A DNA stretch of 49,362 nt from Spirochaetales bacterium. Lineage in GTDB: Bacteria; Spirochaetota; Spirochaetia; Treponematales; Treponemataceae. Position 1 is the stretch's first letter, and each line of letters begins with the position of its first letter. This document shows positions 29,667 through 39,353 of the stretch, in pieces. A program made the position numbers and the translations under genes. The notes beneath the pieces are model-generated. The model worked only from the letters and a program-made list of their open reading frames with translations. It did no database searches and was not told the DNA's origin. The stretch is taken from NCBI GenBank assembly GCA_016929605.1, contig JAFGIM010000099.1, forward strand, positions 1-49,362. The letters run 5' to 3'.

Positions 29667-31390
29667 GCGGTATGGGATTCGCTGTATTGATTTCTCTTGC
29701 GTTGAGGAATCTATCTCGTCATACAGTGAAAACGGTGATTACTGTAGGAGCAATAACTATTTCTGTATCTCTCTATATTTTTATGGATGCTTGGCTTTTA
29801 GGGATGAACTTGGATTCTCGGCGGAATATTGTGATGTACGAGATAGGAGCTGCAAAAATACAGCGTGATAGTTATTATGATAAAAAAGAAGATTTACCCA
29901 TGTATGAAAGTTTTACGGAATGGAAAGCTATAGGCGATAAGCTGGAGAGAGCAGGATATCAATATTCCCCTCGATTTGTTTTTTCCGCGACAGTACATAG
30001 TAAAACAGCTTCAGCCCCGTTGGTTGTTAATGGTGTCGATCTGGAGAGGGACAGAGCATTATTGAAATATCTTGAGTATATCAGTTTTGGTCGTGAGCCT
30101 CAGCCGGGGACAAGGGAGGTTGTCGTTGGAGCGATGTTAGCTGAGCGACTTCATGTTGGAATACCTGAGCGGCCGACACGTGAAGAGTTTGAACAGGATC
30201 TACTTGGAATGGTAAAAACTGACGAAGAGCGTGAGTTTATTCAAGGGCTGTATGAACCTGAAATGATAAAGGTTAATAAGAAAGATAAAAAGAAAGGACT
30301 GTTTTCTTTGGTTAGCCAAATTGAGAATGAACAGGGCCGTTTGCGATTAAAAAGAGACGCATCTCCTTCTGACGTGCAGCGATTATGGATTATGCTTGCG
30401 GAAACTGGCAGGATGAACATTCGCTTGCAAACAACTATTGATATGAAGGCCTTGCCCGAGAGAATCCTTGCTGAAAGATTTACCAGAGACATTGAGCCGT
30501 TGTATATTGGGGGCAATCGTCAATTGCTTGAACGTGTGTATAAAAAAGACCCTGTAATCGATGAATACTATTTAATTGCAGAGGATAAGGATGCAGAGGA
30601 TAGAGTATTAGAAGTTCTGCTTGCATCTGATTATCAGGGTGTTATTCGACATGTGAATCAAATAATTGATTCTGTGGTTGTCGGGGTCATTAGTTCACCC
30701 AATCCTCAAACAAACGGACATGTTGCCTATATGCCTCTTGATGGCCTTCAAGATGAGGCTGGTCTTATGCTTAATGGAGCTGTTACCGAAATCCTTGTCC
30801 GTAGCGCAACCGCAGATGATTCTCGCCTGCCTGGAAACTTTGAAAAACCAGAGAGCATTATGAATGAACTTGGCTCATTACCCGAAGACTTGAGTGTCAG
30901 ATCATGGGATTCATATACACAGGATTATCTTGCGGCTTCCGCACAGGATGAAATTTCATCACGAATAATGATCGTGTTTTTATTCGTGTTGTCTTTTATG
31001 GGAATCGCAAACACGATGTTAATGGCGATTTTGGAGCGAACCAAAGAAACTGGAATGATTCGATCTTTGGGAATGACCGATGGTGAAATTCTTTTTCTTT
31101 ACGGAACTGAAGCTGCTTGTATCGGTGTGATCGGCAGTGCAATTGGTGTAATCGTTGGATGCCTTATTAATATCCCCATGGTTCGCTATGGAATAGATTA
31201 TTCGGCAGTTACCAATGCGATGAGTGGAGATATCGGGTATCGAATAGCTACTCATTTTCGATCCGCATGGAATGTACCTTCAATACTGCTAACTTTTTTT
31301 GGCGGATCGACTATTTCGGGATTAATCGCCCTGCCTCCAACAATCAGGGCCTTGAAGTTACCGGTAACTGAAAGCTTGCGTTTTGAATAG
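29663..31390 (+). CDS. ABC permease (LolC/E-FtsX-like) with large periplasmic insertion
   Basis: LALRNL.RH N-terminus; NTMLMAILERTKE.G..RSLG FtsX domain. Confidence 0.88.
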   Translation: MSGMGFAVLISLALRNLSRHTVKTVITVGAITISVSLYIFMDAWLLGMNLDSRRNIVMYEIGAAKIQRDSYYDKKEDLPMYESFTEWKAIGDKLERAGYQYSPRFVFSATVHSKTASAPLVVNGVDLERDRALLKYLEYISFGREPQPGTREVVVGAMLAERLHVGIPERPTREEFEQDLLGMVKTDEEREFIQGLYEPEMIKVNKKDKKKGLFSLVSQIENEQGRLRLKRDASPSDVQRLWIMLAETGRMNIRLQTTIDMKALPERILAERFTRDIEPLYIGGNRQLLERVYKKDPVIDEYYLIAEDKDAEDRVLEVLLASDYQGVIRHVNQIIDSVVVGVISSPNPQTNGHVAYMPLDGLQDEAGLMLNGAVTEILVRSATADDSRLPGNFEKPESIMNELGSLPEDLSVRSWDSYTQDYLAASAQDEISSRIMIVFLFVLSFMGIANTMLMAILERTKETGMIRSLGMTDGEILFLYGTEAACIGVIGSAIGVIVGCLINIPMVRYGIDYSAVTNAMSGDIGYRIATHFRSAWNVPSILLTFFGGSTISGLIALPPTIRALKLPVTESLRFE

Positions 31391-31402
31391 GAGGTGAATG
31401 TT

Positions 31403-32677
31403 ATGGGGGAATCACACAATACACAACGATTGACCGAAACTTTAATTCGCATTGCCTGGAGGAATATCTGGAGGAACAAGCGTAGAACATCGTTATGCGT
31501 GATTGCCTGTTCAATCGCAGTCTTCTTTAATATCTTTATGCATTCCTGGATAGACGGGATGATTCAAGGTATAGAACGCGTCGTACAGACGTATGAAACC
31601 GGTCATATCCTTGCTGTGTCACAGGGATATCATCAGAATAGAGAATATCTTCCAGTCCAATTTCCCCTAGGGGATGGCCGGCCGGGGACAGAGCTACTAC
31701 GTGAAGTGGAATCGATTGATGGAGTACAGACTGTTTTACCGAGAATAAGTACATACGCAAGCCTCTTTGATAATGTAAAGAAACATGCTGTATTGTGGGG
31801 TATTGATATTGACAGAGAGCGCCAGGCTCATGCACTTAACTTGACCACAAAAAGTGACGGACTGATTAAAGGACGATTTCCCATGCCTGGGGAAAATGCC
31901 TGCGCTGTTGGATATGCTTTTTCCCGGAAAAGTGGATTAACAATAGGACAGCACGTTCCCTTAAAAACAGTATCAGAGCAGTTTTCTGATAAATACTGGA
32001 GCCCTGAAATAGTCGGCATATTTCGATTTGATTATCGCCGCTTTGATGAGGATGCCATATTAGTGTCGATTGATCGACTCCAACGAATACTGGGCCTTAC
32101 ACAATCTATTCAACAGCTTGTTATCTATACAGACTCGCCAGATTCTCTTGTATCGATTGAGCAGAATATCAAGAGGAAATTGGGAGAACTTACTATTGTA
32201 ACAAGTTGGACTGATAATTATTGGGTCGCAATGTTTCGTTCGATGTCTGGAATGTTCTTAATAGTGTTCGCAGTATTTCAGATAGTGGCCAGTTTTTTGA
32301 TAATCAACACTATGGTTATGATTATTCACGAGCGAATAAAAGAGATCGGCATGATGGGTGCTTTGGGTATGAACAGAACAGAAATCGTCATGGTTTTTTT
32401 CCTTGAAGCTCTGATGTTGAGTGTCCTGGGATCGTTAGTTGGAATGATAATAGGAGGCCTGAGCTCCTGGATTGCATCATTATATCCCCTGGATATGAAC
32501 ACATTTACCGGAGGAGGTATGAAGGATCTTCCTATGGCAGGAACTTTATACCTGGCTTTTTCCTGGATAACGTGTATCAAAGGATTCTTGTTTGGAATCG
32601 GGGTGTCTGCTCTGTGCACACTCTTTCCGTCAATGAAGAGCGCTTTTATAGAACCCGTTGAGGCCTTGCGTCGGTAA
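31403..32677 (+). CDS. ABC permease (LolC/E-FtsX-like)
   Basis: IAWRNIWRNKRRT, INT..M...ER.KEIG..GALG and C-terminal EPVEALR; GGAGGT RBS. Confidence 0.9.
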   Translation: MGESHNTQRLTETLIRIAWRNIWRNKRRTSLCVIACSIAVFFNIFMHSWIDGMIQGIERVVQTYETGHILAVSQGYHQNREYLPVQFPLGDGRPGTELLREVESIDGVQTVLPRISTYASLFDNVKKHAVLWGIDIDRERQAHALNLTTKSDGLIKGRFPMPGENACAVGYAFSRKSGLTIGQHVPLKTVSEQFSDKYWSPEIVGIFRFDYRRFDEDAILVSIDRLQRILGLTQSIQQLVIYTDSPDSLVSIEQNIKRKLGELTIVTSWTDNYWVAMFRSMSGMFLIVFAVFQIVASFLIINTMVMIIHERIKEIGMMGALGMNRTEIVMVFFLEALMLSVLGSLVGMIIGGLSSWIASLYPLDMNTFTGGGMKDLPMAGTLYLAFSWITCIKGFLFGIGVSALCTLFPSMKSAFIEPVEALRR

Positions 32678-32705
32678 ACAAATGAGAGAAATAAGGAGGT
32701 TTGAT

Positions 32706-33446
32706 ATGAAGAGATTACGAAATGCTTTGTCCCTCGGACTTATGATAGCGAGTATTTGTCTGAGTGCGTATGCACAAACAGCTCAGGAAATTCTTTCACT
32801 CGTAGATGATAATGAGATATATAGCTCCATCAGTTATGAGGCTGAAATGCACATAAGCTATCAAGGCAAGACTTTTATTAAAAAAATCAGAGGATATGGA
32901 CGGGACAATAAGGATAGTTTTATAGAATTTATAAATCAGGAAGATGTAGGGACAAAGTATCTAAAAAAAGATGGACGACTTTACGTGTATTCTCCAGATA
33001 CAGAACAGGTAATGCTTATTTCTGGGCACATGCTTAAGGAATCGATGATGGGCTCGGATTATAGTTATGAAGATACTATCGAAAACGATCGCTTGTCCAA
33101 AAGGTATAGCTCGGTTGTTTCTGGAGAAGAAATACTTGGGGACAGAGCATGTTGGATTTTAGATCTTACAGCACTAAAATCGACAGAAAGCTATCCTACG
33201 CAACGGTTGTGGGTATCGAAAGATACCCATGAAGTTCTGCGGTTTGATTTATTTGCCCTTTCCGGGGTGCGAGTTAAGGAATATAGCTTGTTGGAATCGA
33301 GATTGATTAAAAATCGTTACTTTCCGGTGAAAAGTGAGATGAGAGATTTAATGCGTAAGGGGAGTAAAACAGTTTTTACAATGGATAAGGTCGAATTAGA
33401 TCAAAAATTATCAGATTCACTGTTTTCTACAAGGAATTTACGATGA
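32706..33446 (+). CDS. Outer-membrane lipoprotein-sorting (LolA-like) protein
   Basis: AAGGAGGT RBS, signal peptide, GTKYLK, MGSD.SYED and C-terminal FS.RNL. Confidence 0.85.
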   Translation: MKRLRNALSLGLMIASICLSAYAQTAQEILSLVDDNEIYSSISYEAEMHISYQGKTFIKKIRGYGRDNKDSFIEFINQEDVGTKYLKKDGRLYVYSPDTEQVMLISGHMLKESMMGSDYSYEDTIENDRLSKRYSSVVSGEEILGDRACWILDLTALKSTESYPTQRLWVSKDTHEVLRFDLFALSGVRVKEYSLLESRLIKNRYFPVKSEMRDLMRKGSKTVFTMDKVELDQKLSDSLFSTRNLR

Positions 33447-34633
33447 TTAAGATTCCCATCACACATACGGCAATATTGGTTTGTATGTGGATTCTTGTAA
33501 TTGCTCTGTCCCCAATCTACTCGGAAACTGTTATTTCCGGTGTGGCTGAGACAAAAGGCCAGGGACGAATAAGCGATGATTCTTATTATATGCAAGCAGA
33601 ACAGTTTGCTAATATCAGAATGCGAAGTACCATCGGAGAGTATGGAGAATTTCATAGTGTGGTGCAATTAATTGTTTCCTCGAATACAGAGAATGAGTTT
33701 TGCTCACAAGCGGAACTAGAAAGATTGTATCTTTCTCTTGTGATAGAGAGATTTGATATAAAGCTTGGTCTCCAGCGATTGCCTTTCGGGTATGGGTTTG
33801 CTTTTAGACCATTGGATATGTTTACTCAGCCGAGTGTTCTATATCCAGAAGCTCGGCCGAAAGGAGTTTTATCTTCATTAATTACCGTATATCCTCGTGA
33901 TGAATTATCTTTTTCTTTGTTTTGTGGGCAACAAAGCGAGGATGTAATCCAGGATACTCGTGATCCCGTATTTTATGGACTTGCGTTAACTCAACATCAC
34001 TCTGTTTTTAGTGCACAGTTTTTGTATGCACTATCAGTGTCCCGTGATGAAACGCAGCCTACTATTGGAAGTGGAGGCTTTTCAACAAAAGTTGACAGCC
34101 TGATCGGTATAATATTAGAAGCATTGTATACACATGATTACTCTTCGCCGTTTGAAGAGGGGTCTGTAGATCACAATATACAAGTGACAGCGGGTTTTGA
34201 CTATTCTTGGATGTCGGGAAAACTGTATTTGGTGACCCAATATTGTTATTCGAGCGCAGGGTATCTTGATTCAAGCGATTCTATCAGCAGTTTGTATGCT
34301 GATCCTCTTTGGGCCGATCTTCCATTTACTGAACGAAAACCAGTAATAGTATCAAACGATTTTTACCGGAGACATTATCTGTATTTTTCCATATTATGGA
34401 TGCCTGATTCATATACACAGGGTTCTTTGTCAGTTATTACTGCTTTGGAAGATGGGTCGTTTTTACCTCAGGTTCAGATTGAACGTGAATGGTTGCAGGG
34501 ATGTTCACTTGGGATGACAACCAGGATGCCATTGGATATGTATACAATATCATCCGGGCATTATGGGGAATTAGGTTCAACAAATCTCGGCTTTTTAATT
34601 GAGTCTACGTTTTTTCTGAAAGTCAGGTTTTAA
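33443..34633 (+). CDS. Hypothetical exported protein, probable outer-membrane beta-barrel
   Basis: Signal peptide, LERLY...G.Q...G.G..F.P.D motif and C-terminal Phe; sits after the LolA-like gene. Confidence 0.6.
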   Translation: MIKIPITHTAILVCMWILVIALSPIYSETVISGVAETKGQGRISDDSYYMQAEQFANIRMRSTIGEYGEFHSVVQLIVSSNTENEFCSQAELERLYLSLVIERFDIKLGLQRLPFGYGFAFRPLDMFTQPSVLYPEARPKGVLSSLITVYPRDELSFSLFCGQQSEDVIQDTRDPVFYGLALTQHHSVFSAQFLYALSVSRDETQPTIGSGGFSTKVDSLIGIILEALYTHDYSSPFEEGSVDHNIQVTAGFDYSWMSGKLYLVTQYCYSSAGYLDSSDSISSLYADPLWADLPFTERKPVIVSNDFYRRHYLYFSILWMPDSYTQGSLSVITALEDGSFLPQVQIEREWLQGCSLGMTTRMPLDMYTISSGHYGELGSTNLGFLIESTFFLKVRF

Positions 34634-34699
34634 TCGTTTTTTACAATGCTCTGTCCCTCCATATGGAATAGCGCTTCATCTTTATGTTATTATTTAGTC

Positions 34700-35650
34700 A
34701 TGAACACAATGATGTATGAAATGCAGCGTTTACAAGCAATAAGTAGAGAAAAAGGACCTTTGTGTGTCGGCCTTGATACGGATCCTTCCTATTTACCTCC
34801 AGAAATAATCAAGCTTTATGATAGTCCTCAAGACGCGGTATTGGCTTATAATCTTTCTTTGATTTCTACTCTAGCCCCTTATACTGCCTGTTATAAAGTG
34901 CAAATTGCCTATTACGAAGCTATGGGTTTGTCAGGTCTTAGTGTGTACTCGAAAACACTTAAGGCAATTCGAAAAAGTGGAATTCCCGTCATTGCTGATA
35001 TTAAGCGAGGTGATATTGCCGACACTGCACGGGCATATGCTCGGGCTCATTTTACCGGTGAATTTGAAGCAGACATTATCACTATTAATCCTTATATGGG
35101 GTTCGATACCCTTGAGCCTTTCCTTGAGTATGTTGAAAAAGCGGGAAAGGGTGCTTTTGTTTTATTACGAACCTCAAATCCTGGTATGAAAGACATAGAG
35201 TGGTTGCCCGTTACCTCTGAAACTGACGCTGACAAACCGACAAGGGTTCTTGATGTTGTCGGTTCTGCTTTACAATCTCTGGTACAACGCTTTCCCTCTC
35301 CTGATAAGGGATGTAGTCCATTTGGGGCAGTTGTTGGATGCACGGAGGAATCGGATGCCCGTTCTCTTCGTGATCGATATCCGGATCTTTTCTTTCTGAT
35401 TCCGGGTTATGGAGTTCAAGGTGGTGCAGCACGTGTAGCTGCAACCTTGCTTGATCAAAGTGGTGGTGTCGTCAATTCATCCCGTGGGATATTAACTGCG
35501 TGGCAAAAATCCGAAAGTTTGGATATTCGCCGCCGATCTGGCTCGTTAAGCTTAACTGATATTGTTGAAGCCGCGTCACAGGCCGCGTTTTCGTCACAGG
35601 CTGATCTTGTAGCGGCAAAAAAAGCTCTGTCCCTCGAAAAAGGTAAATAA
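34700..35650 (+). CDS. pyrF: Orotidine-5'-phosphate decarboxylase
   Basis: LCVGLD, DIKRGDI..T, RTSNP, GAVVG, L.PG.G.QGG and NSSR. Confidence 0.95.
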   Translation: MNTMMYEMQRLQAISREKGPLCVGLDTDPSYLPPEIIKLYDSPQDAVLAYNLSLISTLAPYTACYKVQIAYYEAMGLSGLSVYSKTLKAIRKSGIPVIADIKRGDIADTARAYARAHFTGEFEADIITINPYMGFDTLEPFLEYVEKAGKGAFVLLRTSNPGMKDIEWLPVTSETDADKPTRVLDVVGSALQSLVQRFPSPDKGCSPFGAVVGCTEESDARSLRDRYPDLFFLIPGYGVQGGAARVAATLLDQSGGVVNSSRGILTAWQKSESLDIRRRSGSLSLTDIVEAASQAAFSSQADLVAAKKALSLEKGK

Positions 35651-36481
35651 ATGTGTGATCATGACCCTTTCCCTCATTTTTCAGGGGTAGCTATTGTTCT
35701 TTCTTGTACGGAAATTTCACCTGGGGTATTTGACTTACAGATTGCTCGTGCAGGTCATAGTAAGGGTGATACGGTGATTCCCAATCCAGTAGCAGGCCAG
35801 TTTTTCATGCTTAAAGCCATTCCCTCTGGGGTGTTGTTGGGTCGTCCTATTAGTGTGTATCGATATACCAATGATGTCATATCTTTTTTAATCTTGCAAA
35901 AAGGACGAGGAACAGAAGAATTATGCGCTTTACGTGCCGGCGACAAGGTTCATCTAGTAGGACCTATTGGGAATACCTTTCCCTTACCTGGAAGCGATCT
36001 TGTTGTATCGCACTTATCATCCATGCTCTGTCCCTCTCTAGCTCATCCCAGGATTGCTTTGGTTGGAGGAGGGATTGGTGTTGCTCCGGTTGCCGGTTTT
36101 GCGTTTGAATTACGCCCACAAAGTTTTGATTTTTACGCTGCATTTAGAAATGGTGTGTATGGGCTTGCAGGTTTGGAAGAAAGGGCCAGTAACTTAGTTG
36201 TGATTACTGAAAGTGGAGAAGAGGGCGTAAAGGGAATGCTCCCTGATGCCTTTAGTCCCCAAGATTATGATCTTGTCTATGCGTGTGGGCCTACTCCAAT
36301 GTTGAGATATATACAGAAGGTCTGTGCGAATACAACACTTGCGTTTATTAGTCTTGAGGAGCGCATGGCCTGTGGCGCCGGTGCTTGTCTGGGTTGTACG
36401 ATACCGACTATTCATGGCAATAGGCGCTGTTGTGTTGATGGCCCGGTTTTTGCAGCACATGAGGTATTATTTGATGAATAA
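35651..36481 (+). CDS. pyrK: Dihydroorotate dehydrogenase electron-transfer subunit
   Basis: GQF, RPIS, GP.GN, GGGIGVAP, CGP..M and MACG.GAC.GC...CVDGPVF. Confidence 0.93.
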   Translation: MCDHDPFPHFSGVAIVLSCTEISPGVFDLQIARAGHSKGDTVIPNPVAGQFFMLKAIPSGVLLGRPISVYRYTNDVISFLILQKGRGTEELCALRAGDKVHLVGPIGNTFPLPGSDLVVSHLSSMLCPSLAHPRIALVGGGIGVAPVAGFAFELRPQSFDFYAAFRNGVYGLAGLEERASNLVVITESGEEGVKGMLPDAFSPQDYDLVYACGPTPMLRYIQKVCANTTLAFISLEERMACGAGACLGCTIPTIHGNRRCCVDGPVFAAHEVLFDE

Positions 36482-37442
36482 GGATCATGGAAAGAATATC
36501 GATCTGAGTGTTAATCTCGCTGGTATACAGTTATCCAATCCAATAATTGCTGCTTCTGGAACTTTTGGATATGGACTCGAGTATTCAGGAATTATTACTA
36601 TATCTCGTCTTGGTGGTATATGTTCTAAAGGGTTAACACTCGAGGCCAGACCTGGAAATAAGGGGAGAAGAGTTTTTGAGACTCCTTCTGGGATGATGAA
36701 CTCAGTAGGCCTTGAAAATCCTGGAATCCCTCATTTTATCAATCATGAATTACCGCAGATGAAGGCGCTTGGACCACTAATTGTGCCTAATTTGTCTGGA
36801 TCGAGCCTTGAAAACTATGTAGAAGGTGCGCGACTTTTGAATGAGGCTGGAGTAGATTGTCTTGAGCTCAATATTTCATGTCCCAATGTAAAGGCGGGAG
36901 GAATGGCTTGGGGAATGGATGCTAAAGCTGCAGAAACGATTACTGTAGCTGTTCGAAAGGTTTTTCATAAACCGCTAATTGTCAAATTGTCCCCCAATGC
37001 ACCTTATATAGTGGACGTTGCAAAGGCTTGCGTTTCTTCTGGTGCGGATGCCTTATCCTTGATCAACACCGTTCAGGCATTTGCTGTTGATATAGAAAAA
37101 GGGAAGCCTGTTTTCGAAAATCAAACAGCCGGTTTATCTGGTCCTGCTATACGCCCTATAGCCTTGCGCTTGTTGCGCGATATTATCCGGGGCGTACCAG
37201 AGTGCCGAATCGATAAAAATAAGTCGCCTCGTATTCCTGTCATTGGCCTTGGTGGTATTCAGTCCTGGCATGATGCCATTGAATTCATTATGACCGGTGC
37301 TACTGCTTTACAAATAGGAACAGCAACCTTTGCTGATCCTGATACACTAGAAGCGGTTATTGATGGCATGCTGACTTTCCTACAACGAAAAGGCTATACA
37401 TCACTCGCGGAGATACGCGGGATTGCTGTCTTGTATGATTAA
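36474..37442 (+). CDS. pyrD: Dihydroorotate dehydrogenase family 1B catalytic subunit
   Basis: ASGTFGYG, N.VGL.NPG, ELNISCPN, VKLSPN, INT and GLSGPAI.P.AL. Confidence 0.95.
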   Translation: MNKDHGKNIDLSVNLAGIQLSNPIIAASGTFGYGLEYSGIITISRLGGICSKGLTLEARPGNKGRRVFETPSGMMNSVGLENPGIPHFINHELPQMKALGPLIVPNLSGSSLENYVEGARLLNEAGVDCLELNISCPNVKAGGMAWGMDAKAAETITVAVRKVFHKPLIVKLSPNAPYIVDVAKACVSSGADALSLINTVQAFAVDIEKGKPVFENQTAGLSGPAIRPIALRLLRDIIRGVPECRIDKNKSPRIPVIGLGGIQSWHDAIEFIMTGATALQIGTATFADPDTLEAVIDGMLTFLQRKGYTSLAEIRGIAVLYD

Positions 37443-37561
37443 GCGTGCGTTTGGTTGTTTTATACATGCTCTGTCCCCCAGATACCCAGATATTTTCAAT
37501 TTCGATAAGATAAAACAGCCAAAAAGAGGCCAGTAAAAAGTATTTTTCGTACAGAGAATGT

Positions 37562-38086
37562 ATGAGATATAACAGAATGCTCCAGGATGGGGCTGTATAC
37601 CATGTTACGGCACGGGTTAACAATCGGGAATACCTACTCGAAGAGTTTGAAGCAAAGCGACTGTTTGAAGTGGTTTTGATTCGTGCTAAAAAGAAGTATT
37701 CGTTCCGGGTAGAAAACTTTGTTATTATGGGAAATCACGTACATTTAATTCTACAGCCTAATGATGGATGCCTCTTGTCTCGCCTTATGCAATGGATTTT
37801 AAGTGTTTTTGCCTCTCTCTACAATAAAATCCATAAACGCACTGGACATTTTTGGGGAGAAAGGTTCTTTTCACGTATTCTTAATTCCATACTTCAGTAC
37901 TTAAAAGCACATGAGTATGTGAATCTAAACCCATTAACCGCAGGGTTGGTGGAAGCAGGTTCTATTTGGCGTTTTTCCGGGGAGTATCATCGGCACTTTA
38001 ATTGGCATTTTATTTTGGATGAACCGACTAGATGTTTTTCCCGGATTATTCAGTTTCGAGATCCTTTTGATAAACCTATTGCATAG
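37562..38086 (+). mobile_element. Y1 HUH tyrosine transposase, RAYT-like, apparently intact
   Basis: YHVTAR.NN, VIMGNHVHL (HUH), GHFWGERF.SR and catalytic-Tyr motif YV.LNP..AG.V. No tnpB nearby. Confidence 0.88.
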
Positions 38087-38168
38087 AAGATTTATTCCAG
38101 TCTATCTTGTTCTATTTTTTTTGCATCTTCGCGGTTATACTGTGAGTAACCCTATTTGCGAGGTGCTT

Positions 38169-39284
38169 ATGAACTCATCCACGGTTTATTGGACAAATTT
38201 ACGGACTACGCCAAATCGAACCATTTTACAAAAGCTTGATACTTTATGTAGAACCGCGGGCTTGTCCGATTTGGATATACACGACAAATTCTGTGCTCTC
38301 AAGATTCATTTTGGAGAACCGGGGAATATGGCCTTTGTCCGCCCGCCATTTATACGAGTTATTTCTGCTATCATTAAAGAGAATGGTGGGAAACCATTTC
38401 TTACTGATGCGAACACTCTGTATTCAGGTCAAAGAGCTACCGCATTTGATCATCTTCGAGCGGCATTTGAAAACGGTTTTTCATTCGATGCGACCGGTTG
38501 CGATATTATCATTGCCGACGGCCTGAAGGGTTCCGATTATTCTGAACTACCGGTATCAGCAGGTATTCATTGTTCTTCTGCCCGTATTGCCTGTGCGATT
38601 GCTGAAGCAGATGCAATTATTTCCATTAATCATTTTAAGGGACATGAATTAACAGGTTTTGGAGGCGCACTAAAAAATCTTGGTATGGGATGCGCAAGTC
38701 GATCCGGTAAAAAATTCTTACATGATGTGTCACATCCTACTATTCACCGTGAGGCTTGTACAGGCTGTGGTGTTTGTATGACGAATTGCGCATCAAAAGC
38801 AATTCACATTGATAGTGAACATAAGGCCGTGATTGAACATGATGTATGTACCGGATGTTGCCAGTGTGTTGCTGTATGTCAGTTTAATGCTGCGCGGGCT
38901 TCTGAAGAAAGTGCCAGTAGGATTTGCAGTGAACGAATTGCCGAATACACTCAAGCAATCCTGGAGGGAAAGCCCTCGTTTCATGTCAGTTTTATTCTCA
39001 ATGTATCACCTAACTGTGATTGCTGGTCTAATAATGATGCGTCTATTGTTCCGGATATTGGTATTTTTGCCAGTCTGGACCCAGTTGCTTTGGATCAAGC
39101 CTGTGCTGATGCAGTGAATGCAAGTCCTTTGATTACAGGGTCTGCAATTCAAGATAAGCGACTTGTAGACGCAGACGATAAGTTTACGTATATACATCCA
39201 GATTCTAACTGGGAGGCTGGGTTAGACCATGCACAAAGCATAGGATTAGGACTTCGTTCTTATACGTTGGTGGAAATTCAGTAA
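38169..39284 (+). CDS. DUF362 domain Fe-S protein with 2x[4Fe-4S] ferredoxin insert
   Basis: KIHFGEPGN, TDANTLY.G.R, HFKGH...GFGGALKNLGMGC, two CxxCxxCxxxC motifs and CDC...DPVA.DQAC. Confidence 0.9.
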   Translation: MNSSTVYWTNLRTTPNRTILQKLDTLCRTAGLSDLDIHDKFCALKIHFGEPGNMAFVRPPFIRVISAIIKENGGKPFLTDANTLYSGQRATAFDHLRAAFENGFSFDATGCDIIIADGLKGSDYSELPVSAGIHCSSARIACAIAEADAIISINHFKGHELTGFGGALKNLGMGCASRSGKKFLHDVSHPTIHREACTGCGVCMTNCASKAIHIDSEHKAVIEHDVCTGCCQCVAVCQFNAARASEESASRICSERIAEYTQAILEGKPSFHVSFILNVSPNCDCWSNNDASIVPDIGIFASLDPVALDQACADAVNASPLITGSAIQDKRLVDADDKFTYIHPDSNWEAGLDHAQSIGLGLRSYTLVEIQ

Positions 39285-39353
39285 GGATTACTGACTCATA
39301 TCATCAGTATCGTCAACTTTACATTATCTGTAGAAGTGTTATAATGAAAGTCT

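Noticed and set aside
34665-34693. dif-like TTATGTTA
   Set aside because: No XerC arm; better explained as the extended -10 of pyrF.
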